NCBI RefSeq assembly: GCF_006345805.1
Contig: NC_043017.1
Coordinates: 18,042,001-18,106,000, forward strand
Direction of reading: 5' to 3'
DNA from: Octopus sinensis
Lineage: Eukaryota
DNA: 64,000 nt
Shown here piece by piece: positions 35,991-48,429 of this stretch; position 1 is the first letter of the stretch; every line of letters starts with the position of its first letter. The position numbers were made by a program, and so were the translations under genes. Under the pieces are notes generated by a model. It had not been told where the DNA came from and did not search any database. It saw only the letters and a list, made by a program, of their open reading frames with translations.

Positions 35991-36252
35991 ATTCAACAAC
36001 AATTGAAGAACGGCTACAATAGGCCGTTCGACCCACTAGAAATAGCAGCCAGGGCTCCAACCGCAAATAGTAGTAATTCCGAAATCTAAGGAAAAATTAA
36101 AAAAACATTTACCCTGTCTAAAGAACAGGGTAAATGTTTTTTTTAATTTTTCCTTAGATTTCGGAATTACTACTATTTGCGGTTGGAGCCCTGGCTGCTA
36201 TTTCTAGTGGGTCGAACGGCCTATTGTAGCCGTTCCTCAATTGTTGTTGAAT
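35991..36252. repeat. Near-perfect foldback palindrome (127/128-bp arms, 7-nt loop)
   Basis: Arms 35991-36117 and 36125-36252; one mismatch and one homopolymer indel. Confidence 0.95.
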
Positions 36253-37089
36253 ATATTTATATATATAATAAGAAAATGGAGGAATATATATTGGTTCACC
36301 AAAACTTAGGTTAGTCTGGAGGTTTCGATGTAATCTTTGGTTTGTATGTGGGATACCTTGAAGATTAAGTCTAGATTTCCTCCTGTGGGTTGAATTATCG
36401 ATAGTTATTAAGAGGGTTAAAGAAGGTCGAGTTGCGTCCCCTAGACCGTCTCTGGTTTGTGTTTAATACACAAATTGTCTTGCTATGTGTGCCACATATG
36501 ATGTAATTAACCGATTTTTTTCTAGTAATAACGTATCCTATTGGAATAAAAAGGGCCTTATAGCTCCTTGGAGCAGACATGATGATCGCTGTGAATTTCA
36601 AAAAAAAATCCTGCCAATTTGTTAAAGATATTATCGAAAATATGTCATCTTGAATTTGAACACGATTTCCCAAAATGGCATGATTTTATCGATTTTTTTC
36701 TGATGGTAAGGTATTGCATGGAAAACTAACGTCAGAATTAAGTTCCTTAGGGTAACATTAAGCTTCACCATGAGTTTGGTGAAAATCGATTGCAAGTTGC
36801 GAAAACTACAGCGGAAAATGTGTTGCATGTGATAAGCTTAGATTCTCGACCCCATGTCGAATTTATCGATTTTTTTTTTTCAGAACTGGGGGAACTTTAC
36901 AAAATTTTCGCTGCGTTAGTTTTTAATTATGACATTGGGCTATGTATGTGTCAAGTTTCATCAGAATCGGTTGAAAGCCGTGGTCAGGGTGAGGGTACAA
37001 CCTAGCTAAAACCAAAGTCCTAAAAAGTAGGAAGGCAGGCAAACCACAGATTCCTTCAGGTAGATGGCCCTGCTCAATCTGCAGATAAG

Positions 37090-37625
37090 GCGTAGGTAAA
37101 AACTCTATAAGTGTACCCAGTGTAAGCTATGGATACATAAGAGGTGCAGCAATATCAAAGGAAGGCTAACTGGGAAGATACTTTTTGTATGTGACAGATG
37201 CTTTGGAGCAATAAACACTGAAAATGTGCAGAGAACAACTTCTGTCACATTCCAGGGAGAAAAACTAGAAGTAATTGATACCTTCCTTTACCTAAGTACC
37301 AAGTCGAGGAGGGTGAACTGAAAGTGTAGCTGCTAGAATAAGAATAGCCTGGGCAAAGTTCAGAGAGCTCTTACCTCTGCTGGTGACAAAGGGCATCTCG
37401 CTCAGATTAAAAGGTAGACTGTATGATGCATGTGTATGAACAGCCATGCTACATGGCAGTGAAACATGGGCCGTTACTGCTGAGGACATGCGTAAGCTCG
37501 CAAAGAATGAAGCTAATATGCTCCGGTGGATGTGTAATGTCAGTATGCATACACGACAGAGTGTAAGTACCTTGAGAGAAAAGTTGGACTTAAGAAGCAT
37601 CAGATATGGTGTGCAAGAGAGACAG
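37090..37625 (+). mobile_element. RTE LINE fragment
   Basis: Same family as 9745-9965: [47 protein letters not shown]. Confidence 0.82.
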
Positions 37626-37979
37626 TACTTGCGTGTATGTGCGCACGCACGCAGCTGTATATGCATGCACTAGCACTATGACTTGGCGTTGCCGCGTCAT
37701 AGTGCTAGTTTACATATATTTGCCCAACATCAGTGTTTTATCCATACATAAAGCGCACCTGTGTTTAAAAGACCTATAAAGCTATAAGTCCGTAGCTAGC
37801 TTTTTTGTTGTTGACACGTATGTGGTTTCAAAATACCTTATTTTTCAACTATGAGATGTATTGTTATCATCATGATTTTATCTTATTCTAATCAACAACA
37901 AACACATTTCATCGATATAAAAGTCTTTATTAGATTAAAAATAACATTATCAAAACAAGGAGGTAAAACAAAACAAATA

Positions 37980-38350
37980 GCGGCTTATACACCGGGAAAT
38001 ACGGAAATTGTAGAAGCAGTGACAAGTTCGCTCGCTGGTTGATTGTTGATAGTGTAGAAGGGAGGGAACGAAGTAGGAATGCACAGTGCTGACTAGAAAG
38101 GATAAAGGTGGCATTGTTTTCGCTCGGCATACAAATAGAACAGGTTGGTGGCGTTTAGTTGAGATGACCCGGAAGTTGTTCCTCTTCGATTATTATCGCA
38201 AACAACAGTAACGTTCTTCAATCGAATACACGGTGCTGACTGGTTGAAATTACCGAAATACGACAACTTTAACACCAATAATTTTTAAAATACCAAATTT
38301 TGTCAGAAACGTTCGGAGTAAACTGTGTTCTGCGTGAGACATTGCACCAA
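37980..38350. promoter_or_regulatory. CpG-enriched segment with ETS site, candidate UTP14 promoter
   Basis: Local CpG enrichment in an AT-rich background; CCGGAAGT at 38169-38176; lies between UTP14 (-) and ZNF-A (+). Confidence 0.35.
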
Positions 38351-38929
38351 TATACGAAGTTTCAAACTGTTTAGTTAAAAAAATCTGTGCGCCAAACTGA
38401 ACAGATCCCTTTTGTCTACCAAAGGTTGGAAACCACTGGTTTAGAATAAGTACGAGCCTTTAAAAATAGTAATAACGTCAAGGCAGTGCCCAGCTTGGCT
38501 GCAGTACGACGACTGAGACAAAGAGAAAAGATAAAAATCTTTATTATAATCATACGATCTTACATAGATTTGGACATAACAAGACAAACAAATACAGAGA
38601 ATGTTATGAGAGTTCGAATGAGACTTAAGAATTTAGTTATATGACATAAACGAAAACTTGGCTTACTTTTGCCTTTAAACGAATCATTGGCTTACTTTTG
38701 CCTTTATAACGAGAACTTTAGTGCGTTTTTTTTTTTTTTAAACATTAGAAAACATAACATATGTTAAAATGAAAAGGGGGAGGAGTGCAGGTTCCGAATT
38801 TTGAACCCGGTGGCCTATGAGGCCCAGCAACTAATTTTGGATCTTTTCCTAATTGTTCCTTTCTGACAAAGAGAAAAGATAAACACACACTCATATATAT
38901 GTATTAATTAATACACATTTAAAAAGACT

Positions 38930-39270
38930 AACGCCCCAATCTTACCAATTGACCAATGAAATTTCAAATAATTCAACTTCCGCTTTGGTTCCCGAACAAT
39001 AAGTTACCATTATTCCACTGTGATTCTCAGGAAAGACTAATTTATCTCAAACGATTCCAGTGTTGCTGGTTTTCTTTAAGACAGTGTTCTGTCAGACCAA
39101 TTCCATTGACAATTAACCATTTATTTTGACGTCCACGTACACTACTTATACACAAACAGTCTACGATATTTCTTAACCAACTCTTGGAAGCTAATAATGG
39201 ACAGAGACCAAGCTACTTTTCTACCAATTCAAACATCGGCGTTACCCAACTAGAATTATACGAGGTATCT
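38930..39270 (+). promoter_or_regulatory. Candidate promoter and non-coding first exon of ZNF-A
   Basis: Three CCAAT (38936-38957), ETS-like ACTTCCG 38976-38982, and a module ending GAG|gtatct at 39264 that is homologous to 44740-44870 and 51640-51769. Confidence 0.5.
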
Positions 39271-40096
39271 TTTTAATTTAATGTTATTTCCGCTGAAATG
39301 TCATTTCTTCGTTCATCAATAATATTTGTTTTTCTTTAATATAACAACCTGCCTTTTATAAACTGCTCGGTTAGGACTTAGGGGTGTTTAGTCTGCTAGA
39401 AATAGTAGCCAAAATGACATACCTACAACTTAGTCACCTCAATCGCCCTAGTTTCTTTCCTCGTAACTTTTTCAAAAACTCCTCTAAGGAAATTTTGCGG
39501 ATGAACGTTTTCCAATGTGTAGATTACGATTATGTTCATGAATTGTTGCTCAATCTGGAAGAAGAAAAAAATAATAGCTAGATTTTCCATCAAATTTAGA
39601 TGCTGCTAAGTCAACATATTTTGGCATATGCTTATATTTTTAATGCTGCTTTACTACAGTTTCGTGCCCCAGCATATCGTCTTTGTTCCTGCATAAATTT
39701 CCCGAAAAATACATATTTTGCTGGCATTGTTTTCGCAAGTGTAGATTATGATAGTAATGATAAGAATTTTGGTAAATTGTGTGTGTGTGTGGGGGGGGGT
39801 GATAGGTTTCGGATGGTTTTTTTCCGAGTAATTTTAATTCTTCTTTAAAGTGCATATTTTTAAATGACATTTTGCAGAAATACGTTTTCGAGAATGTAAC
39901 TTACGTAATGTTGATGCTTCAAGCATATATTTATTATCTCCCTTCACCTGTTTCCAAGCAAGGTGATGTTTTCTCATAGCTTCATAGGTTTTTTTTTTTA
40001 CAGAAGACTGGAAACAAACAACTTGTAAGACAATGATGCTGATTTAGAACCATCATATTCCCTTTGTAAATCGACAGGGATACACACACACATGCA

Positions 40097-40144
<48 letters not shown>

Positions 40145-40160
40145 CATTTATATATATATA

Positions 40161-42044
40161 TAAATGAGAGTCAAGAATTTTGAAGTTATATTTTGTCTAA
40201 ATTTAAGCTAATTTGTTAGCTCAGTGTTTAAAACCTTTAATCTATTAGCATTCCAGTTGCTACTTCCCATTGTTACATAATACATTTTTTTTATTAGATT
40301 ATTTAATGGAGTTATAAGTTTTGCATCCTCAATATTTTATACTGTTCCTCTATTGTTTCAGAAGAAAGGATGACATTGGTGTAAAAGAAATTTTTTACTT
40401 TGGATGCATCATCAGTACATACAAATGTTTAAAGAAGAAAAGCAGATGCCTTACACAATCGATGTAACCCTGTATGCATAAATTTATGGTGGAACTACAA
40501 TGAAATGAAATATCTCTTGTGAAGTGAGAGTAAAAGCATTGTCATTTTACTTCACTGTTTGGAAAATTTTGCATTCTGATTAAATTTGGACAAATTTTCA
40601 AATGGAATTGTTGCATCTTGTGAAATTGACTAAGTAAATAGTTGATTGACAGAGGTATAACAGTAGAAATATTTGTTTGGAAACAAATGGAAAATTGAAC
40701 AGGAGTAAAGTGAAATTGAAGAGGTATTATGGCAAACGAAGCTGAATGTAAAACAGAGTTTGAAAGAATTTATCTTCCTGATGAAATACAGGCAACCAGA
40801 GGAAAAACAATGTACTACTGTGATATCTGTGATAATTCATTCTCTCAGAAATGTAACTTGACTACTCACAAATGTGTTCCTATCAGAGAAAAACCATATC
40901 ACTGTGATATTTGTGGTAAATCATTCTCCCAAACCAGTAACTTAACTACTCACATACGCATTCATACAGGAGAGAAACCATTTCACTGCAATGTCTGTAG
41001 TGAATCATTCTCTCAAAGAAGTCACCTCACTAAACACAAACGTATTCACACAGGAGAGAAGCCATATCACTGTAATGTCTGTGGCAAATCATTCTCTGGA
41101 AGTGGTGATTTAACCACTCACATACGTACACATACAGGGGAAAAGCCTTATCATTGTGATATCTGTGGTAAGTCATTCTCTGGAGGCAGTGATTTAACAC
41201 GACACAAACGAATACATACTGGGATTAAGCCTTATCACTGTGATGTCTGTGGTAAGTCATTCTTGTCAAATAGCGACTTAACTACTCACAAACGTATTCA
41301 TACAGGAGAGAAGCCATATCACTGTGATATCTGTGGTGAGTCATTTTCTGGAAGTAGTAACTTAACTAAACACAAACATGTTCATACAGGGGAGAAACCG
41401 TATCACTGTGATATCTGTGATAAATCATTCTCTCATAATAATGCTCTGACAACACACAAACGCTTTCATACTGGAGAGAGACCATATCACTGTGATGTCT
41501 GTGATAAATCATTCTCTGTAAGTAGTCACCTAACAAAACACAAACGTATTCACACAGGAGAGAAGCCATATCACTGTGATACCTGTGGTAAATCATTCTC
41601 TGGAAGTAGTGATTTAACTACTCACAAACGTATTCATACGGGTGAGAAACCATATCACTGCGATATCTGTGGTAAATCATTCTCTAAAAATCATAACTTA
41701 ACTACACACAAAAGCATTCATACTGGGGAGAAGCCATATCATTGCGATATCTGTGGTAAATCATTTTCTCGCAGAGATAACCTAACTAGACACAAACATA
41801 TTCATATTGGCAAAAAGCGATATAACTGATGTCTGTGACAAGTACACCTTTCAAAAAAGCAACTATTCATGTATTCATACAGAAAAGCAACCATCAATTT
41901 CAAGTCAACTTATATAAAAAAAACTAGTTCATATAGCTGTAAATAGATCCATACAGAAAATATGGTATAACATGGTGATGCTGAACTCTCAACACTATTT
42001 TATAAAACTGCAATTACATCCACAACAGTGAAATTTTTAATAAA
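40161..42044 (+). repeat. Segmental duplicate copy A (intron end + ZNF exon 2 + 3' UTR)
   Basis: High identity to 46196-47876, starting after a (TA)n tract and ending at AATAAA. Confidence 0.93.
40729..41829 (+). CDS. Tandem C2H2 zinc-finger protein, paralogue A (366 aa; 1 degenerate + 11 canonical fingers)
   Basis: Intact ORF of CxxC-x12-HxxxH repeats with TGEKP linkers; acceptor gtttcag| at 40361; AATAAA at 42039-42044. Confidence 0.92.
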   Translation: MANEAECKTEFERIYLPDEIQATRGKTMYYCDICDNSFSQKCNLTTHKCVPIREKPYHCDICGKSFSQTSNLTTHIRIHTGEKPFHCNVCSESFSQRSHLTKHKRIHTGEKPYHCNVCGKSFSGSGDLTTHIRTHTGEKPYHCDICGKSFSGGSDLTRHKRIHTGIKPYHCDVCGKSFLSNSDLTTHKRIHTGEKPYHCDICGESFSGSSNLTKHKHVHTGEKPYHCDICDKSFSHNNALTTHKRFHTGERPYHCDVCDKSFSVSSHLTKHKRIHTGEKPYHCDTCGKSFSGSSDLTTHKRIHTGEKPYHCDICGKSFSKNHNLTTHKSIHTGEKPYHCDICGKSFSRRDNLTRHKHIHIGKKRYN

Positions 42045-42338
42045 TAGTATGCTGATGTTGTTTAGTCCTATATGATCAAAGGGGATACTCCTCTTACCAT
42101 TACAGCTCCTAAGGGTTGTCTAAGACCACATCATTTAATTCAACATTAATGGTTTATAGCTGTTATCTCAACACATATTTTTAATCGGTATATCTTTACT
42201 ACCTCTAAAGAGGTTCATCTTATAATGATTTTAATTTTATAAATTAATTATCTAAAGATTACTGAATTGAAAGAGATATCAAATATAATTAATAAATGAT
42301 TTTATTAACTACCCCTGTATTTTTTCCTTATTTCTTAA

Positions 42339-42387
<49 letters not shown>

Positions 42388-42591
42388 CATACATACAACT
42401 AATGTAGGATCAAATTTTTTTCGAAAAAAAAAAATTTTATCAATGGCCAGCATATCAAAGGTGTATATATATATATATATATATATATCCAATGTAAACA
42501 AACAAGTAGAAAGATGAATTTTTATTCAACATGTGGATACTGAACAGTATATATAAAGGATAAAGTCCATTTTTTTCTTCTAAAAGCAGAA

Positions 42592-42724
42592 AAGTTTGTT
42601 GGCAGCCAGCCATGAGGATCGAACTCACATCCCTCCAATATCCAGTTGGAATGCTTAACCATTTAAGTTAAACTGGATATCAGAGGGATGTGAGAATGAT
42701 CCTCATGGCTGGCTACTGACAAAT
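42592..42724. repeat. Imperfect inverted repeat built on a tRNA-like sequence
   Basis: Arms ~42592-42647 and 42671-42724; the minus strand has A-box-like taacttaaatggtt and B-box gagttcgatcc. Confidence 0.8.
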
Positions 42725-42909
42725 TTGCTTTGCGAGAAGAAATGTTTTATCGAAGGCGTGTCTTGTTGAATTGCCTGAAATACGGATTAGAAAAACCAGC
42801 TGACAACTGCTGACGGGTTGTTTATTTTGATGCTTGTTTGGTTTTCCATTTGTTTCTTTCGTTGTTGCAAAAAAAAGTTCATATTCCCTGCATACATATT
42901 TTGTATCTA

Positions 42910-43290
42910 GGAGACTCAATGGCCCAGTGGTTAGGGCAACGGACTCGCAGTCGTAGGATCGCGGTTTCGATTCCCAGACCGGGCGTTGGGAGTGTTTATT
43001 GAGCGAAAACACCTAAAAGCTCCACGAGGCTCCGGCAGGGGATGGTGGTGATCCCTGCTGTACTCTTTCACCACAACTTTCTATCACTCTTTCTTCCTGT
43101 TTCTGTTGTACCTGTATTTCAAGGGGCCGGCCTTGTCACTCTCTGTGTCACGCTGAATATCCCCCAAGAACTACGTTAAGGGTGAACGTGTCTGTGGAGT
43201 GCTCAGCCACTTACACATTAATTTCACGAGCAGGCTGTTCCGTTGATCGGATCAACTGGAACCCTCGTCGTCGTAATCGACGGAGTGCTT
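42910..43290 (+). mobile_element. tRNA-derived SINE family A, full length
   Basis: Matches 29551-29937. Confidence 0.88.
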
Positions 43291-43949
43291 CTCTCCATTT
43301 TGTATCTCACATTTTCGTTTCTTTATATTGTTTACGTTCCATGACGTCCTGTGCCCACCTATATATATATTGGCCAGCGGGATGGCGTCATTTGAAGGCT
43401 GAAACAATGTGAAGCGCATTGTGACCAGCGATGTGTAGCAACATCTGATAGTCTGTCGGTCACGGTAATATATATATATATATATATTCGTCGTTTAACG
43501 GCTGCTTTCCATGCTGGCATGGGTTGAAAGGTTTGACTGAGGACTGGCAAGCCAGAAGGTTGGACCAGGCTTGAATCTGATCTGGCAAGGTTTCTACAGC
43601 TGGTTGCCCTTCCTAACACCAACCACTACAAGAGTGCGGTAGGTGCTTGATATGTGCCACTGGCTTCTTTCAGTTTCCATTAATCAAATCCACTCACAAG
43701 GCTTCAGTCGGCCTGAGGCTATAGTAGAAGAAACTTGCCCAATGTGCCACGCAGTGGGACTGAACCGGGAACCATGTAGCTTTGAAACCAAAAGAGTTTT
43801 ACATTGATGGGATTAAAAAGCTTGTAACTAGATGGAAGGAAGTCAGAGATAATCGGGGAAAGTACATTGATGAATAAATTCCAATTAAATATTACATTTG
43901 ATCACTTGTTTTCTTTATTCAAAATTCGGACAGAACTTAGGGAAGACCT

Positions 43950-44034
<85 letters not shown>

Positions 44035-44479
44035 GTGAGTGTGCATCTTTTTTAAAAATTGAACTTAGAATCGTAATCTTCGTATTTTTCTACGTATTTC
44101 GCAAAAAAAATTTCTGGGAAAAGTGAAAATAAGTGGGGCGGGTTTACTTCAAATTTTTCAAATGCGATTTTTAAAAAAAAATTTTTTTTTTCAGAATCGC
44201 ATCCTCCGTTACCCAAAACGTGGGATTCCGTAAAAAAAGATCAATATATATATATATATATATATATATATCCATTTTACTGGAAGTTACGAAGGAAAAA
44301 TCGGATCTTGTGAATTTTCCGAAAGCCCCCTCCACCCTTCAGGGTCGTGAGCGCACATGGTTTTTTTTTTTTTTCATATTCGTTTTCCACGTATTTAACG
44401 TCCACCAGGCTGGTTAATGTTCCCCCCCCCCGGGTGACGGATCTTTATATTGACCAAAATAAACGACCTTTGCTTTTCC

Positions 44480-45024
44480 ATTCGGTACTTCACGGAACTC
44501 TCGTTTATTTTTTATATATTCCCAAAATTAGTTGTGCTCCTTGGACGTTGCTAGACATCTTGCCACATGACCAAAACTAACCAATGAACATCCAACATTG
44601 TTTCCCCCACTCCTTCCATTCATTCCTCAGTAAGCCACGAAGGGAAAGGCTTATGTAATACGATTCCTCTGCTGTTTCCAAGATACTGTTGGTTTCAGTG
44701 TTTTGTGAACCAATTCCATACACAACGTACATTAATCCCTTTATCTTGACGTACACCAGCAACAGTTACACACGACAATCTACAACATTCCTTAACTAAC
44801 ACTTGGAAGCCAACAATCGACGAAGACCAAGCTACTATCTGCCAATTCAACATAGTTATTATTATATGAGGTATTTTTTTTTTAATGTTTATTTTATTTA
44901 ATTCATCCGTCTTTTCTTCGAAAATCGATAGAACAACCTACTTGTTATAGATCTGTTGAATGACGGCTAATCTGGGACTAAATAATGAGCCTCTGCTACA
45001 AATAGTAACTAATTTTGGCACTAA
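44480..45024 (+). promoter_or_regulatory. Candidate promoter and first exon of ZNF-B (duplicated at 51401-51921)
   Basis: Module ...gaagaccaagctact...tatgag|gtattt with donor at 44870/44871; diverged homologue upstream of ZNF-A. Confidence 0.55.
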
Positions 45025-45562
45025 TTAGATACAGGGGTCTCGGTGCATCTTTGTAAAGAAATTTTGCATTAGCACCAGTTTCTTTGGTAAATTTTTACAA
45101 TTGCACCCCCACGCTTTTTGCTAACAAAAAAAATGTGGTTTTGGTTAATGTTTACCTTGTAATATTGTAAATATTAACCGGGCTTTTTTTTTTTTTTTGC
45201 TCAAATCCTAAGAATGGACCATCTTTCGGCTAAACAAAATCCTTGTTTTGCTTCCACATCATCATTCCATCAAATGTATTTATGGGGCAAAAAATATTGA
45301 AAAAACCCATCAAGGCCTGTTAGAGTAACAAGTAAACGAGGATGGAACCAGGTATTTGTAGGATGTGCTAGAAACAACAGCTAAATCTCCCTTAAATCGC
45401 ATATCTTCTCGTTTGAAAATTTTGAAATTCTGAACTACTGAATTGCAGATTTGGTTTAATTGTTCAGTTTAGTGATATTAAAAAAGTAAATGAAAATTAA
45501 GGGGGAGATAATTAGTCAATTAAATATAGTAAGGTACCCTGGCCAATTACAATTTTCGCACA

Positions 45563-45935
45563 AGGCGGCGAGCTGACAGAACCGTTAGCACGCCGGGCGA
45601 AATGCGTAGCCGTATTTCGTCTGCCGTTACGTTCTGAGTTCAAATTCCGCCGAGGTCGACTTTGCCTTTCATCCTTTCGGAGTCGATTAAATAGATACCA
45701 GTTACGCACTGGGGTCGATATAATCAACTTGATCTGTTTGTCCTCTCTGTGTTTAGCCCCTTGTGGGTAGTAAAGAAATAGGTATTTCGTCTGCTTTACG
45801 TTCTGAGTTCAAATTCCGCTGAGGTCGACTTCGCCTTTCATCGATAAATTAAGTACCAGTTGCGTATTGCGGTTGATCTAATCGACTGGCCCCCACCCCA
45901 CAAAAGTTTCGGGCCCTCTGTCTAGAGCAGAAATG
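45563..45935 (+). mobile_element. SINE family B with internal duplication and 17-bp TSD
   Basis: Flanks aattacaattttcgcac (45546-62) / aattacaatttttgcac (45936-52). Confidence 0.88.
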
Positions 45936-46195
45936 AATTACAATTTTTGCACGTGTATAAATTTGTAATTAGTCCACGCTGTGCAAACCACTGAAGAATC
46001 TTATCTTGTGATTCGGTTAATTGGGTGATATTCCAATTTTCCTCAAAGATTGATTCACAGTTGAGAATTTCAGTTTCAGGAACAATGAATTGCGGTCCCA
46101 CTAGTCTTCCACCTGCCATTCCAATTAATTCCAAAGTAAATAGGCGCAGGAGTGACTGTATGGTAAGTACACACATATATATATGTATATATATA

Positions 46196-47876
46196 TAAAT
46201 GAGAGTCAAGAATTTTGAAGTTATATTTTGTCTAAATTTAAGCTAATTTGTTAGCTCAGTGTTTAAAACCTTTAATCTATTAGCATTCCAGTTGCTACTT
46301 CCCATTGTTACATAATACATTTTTTTTATTAGATTATTTAATGGAGTTATAAGTTTTGCATCCTCAATATTTTATACTGTTTCTCTATTGTTTCAGAAGA
46401 AAGGATGGCATTGGTGTAAGAGAATTTTTTACTTTGGATTCATCATCTGTACACACAAATGTTTAAAGAGGAAAAGCAGATGCCTTACACAATCGATGTA
46501 ACCCTGTATGCATAAATCTATGGTGGAACTACAATGAAATGAAATATCTCTTGTGAAGTGAGAGTATAACAGTAAAAATATTTGCTTGGAAACAAATGGA
46601 AAATTGAACAGTGAAGAGATATTATGGCAAACGAAGTTGAATGTAAAACAGAGTTTGACAGAATTTATCTTCCTGATGAAATACTGGCAACCAGAGAAAA
46701 AACAATGTACTACTGTGATATCTGTGATAATTCATTCTCTCAGAAATGTAACTTGACTACTCACAAATGTGTTCCTATCAGAGAAAAACCATATCACTGT
46801 GATATTTGTGGTAAATCATTCTCCCAAACCAGTAACTTAACTACTCACAAGCGCATTCATACAGGAGAGAAACCATTTCACTGCAATGTCTGTAGTGAAT
46901 CATTCTCGCAAAGAAGTCACCTCACTAAACACAAACGTATTCACACAGGAGAGAAGCCATATCACTGTAATGTCTGTGGCAAATCATTCTCTGGAAGTGG
47001 TGATTTAACCACTCACATACGTACACATACAGGGGAAAAGCCTTATCATTGTGATATCTGTGGTAAGTCATTCTCTGGAGGCAGTGATTTAACACGACAC
47101 AAACGAATACATACTGGGATTAAGCCTTATCACTGTGATGTCTGTGGTAAGTCATTCTTGTCAAATAGCGACTTAACTACTCACACACGTATTCATACAG
47201 GAGAGAAGCCATATCACTGTGATATCTGTGGTGAGTCATTTTCTGGAAGTAGTAACTTAACTAAACACAAACATGTTCATACAGGGGAGAAACCGTATCA
47301 CTGTGATATCTGTGATAAATCATTCTCTCATAATAATGGTCTAATAATTCACAGACGTATTCATACAGGAGAGAGACCATATCACTGTGATGTCTGTGGT
47401 AAATCATTTTCTGTAAGTAGTCATTTAACAAAACACAAACGTATCCATACGGGTGAGAAACCATATCACTGTGATACCTGTGGTAAATCATTCACTAAAA
47501 ATCATAACTTAACTACACACAAACATATTCATACTGGAGAGAAGCCATATCATTGCGATATCTGTGGTAAAACATTCTCTCGCAGAGATAACTTAATTAG
47601 ACACAAACATATTCATATTGGCAAAAAGCGATGTAACTGATGTCTTTGACAAGTACACCTTTCAAAAAAGCAACTATTCATATATTTATTCATACAGAAA
47701 AGCAACCATCAATTTCAAGTCAACCTATATAAAAAAAACTAGTTCATATAACTGTAAATAGATCCATATAGGAAATATGGTGTAACATGGTGATACTGAA
47801 CTCTCAACACTATTTTATAAAACTGAAATTACATCCACAACATTGAAATAATATACACTGTGAAATTTTTAATAAA
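46196..47876 (+). repeat. Segmental duplicate copy B
   Basis: Matches 40161-42044 with ~120-bp and ~14-bp leader deletions and an 84-bp finger deletion. Confidence 0.93.
46624..47640 (+). CDS. Tandem C2H2 zinc-finger protein, paralogue B (338 aa; 1 degenerate + 10 canonical fingers)
   Basis: Near-identical to A but exactly 28 aa shorter; acceptor at 46396; AATAAA at 47871-47876. Confidence 0.92.
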   Translation: MANEVECKTEFDRIYLPDEILATREKTMYYCDICDNSFSQKCNLTTHKCVPIREKPYHCDICGKSFSQTSNLTTHKRIHTGEKPFHCNVCSESFSQRSHLTKHKRIHTGEKPYHCNVCGKSFSGSGDLTTHIRTHTGEKPYHCDICGKSFSGGSDLTRHKRIHTGIKPYHCDVCGKSFLSNSDLTTHTRIHTGEKPYHCDICGESFSGSSNLTKHKHVHTGEKPYHCDICDKSFSHNNGLIIHRRIHTGERPYHCDVCGKSFSVSSHLTKHKRIHTGEKPYHCDTCGKSFTKNHNLTTHKHIHTGEKPYHCDICGKTFSRRDNLIRHKHIHIGKKRCN

Positions 47877-48429
47877 AGCCTTGTTTCAGAATGGTCTTAA
47901 CTATTTTATTAAGCATATTTCCAAAAAGTGAAAATGCACTTTATATGAATTTGATGTTGTCGGTAAAATAGCATGTGTGTATGTATATTTATGCATAAGA
48001 AAGCCTTCTTGTTTTGACATATACGAATTGTAATGAAATGACATCACCAGTGTTGTTTGTTTGCAACCTTTCTTATGAAAACATGTTAATACTGGGGGAA
48101 AATACTATGTAGCTTAGAAACGAAGTTGGTAATAGAAAAAGTATATGGCCATAGAAAATCTGCTTCTACAAACGCCAGAAAGTGAACATTATAACAATGA
48201 TGCAAAGTGAAATTCTATATTAAAACATTCACCATCTTTCCTATTGCCAACCACTTTCAGAGTGAACTGGGCACATTTTCTAGTAGCATCAACACTAGAC
48301 AGTTTGAATAATAGGATCTCAGAACTCTATACATTCTCTGCTGACCACTATACAATCTGTATTGGGCAATTTTTTTGTGGTACCTTCACAAGACAGATTA
48401 TTTTGCTCACTGGCCACTCTTGAGGAAGA

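Noticed and set aside
41366-47491. Minus-strand MIYHR.. ORFs
   Set aside because: Antisense shadows of the zinc-finger repeats.
40161-47876. ZNF A/B duplication as a pure haplotig artefact
   Set aside because: The copies differ in finger number, leader indels and entirely different flanks. This makes an artefact unlikely, but it cannot be excluded without reads.
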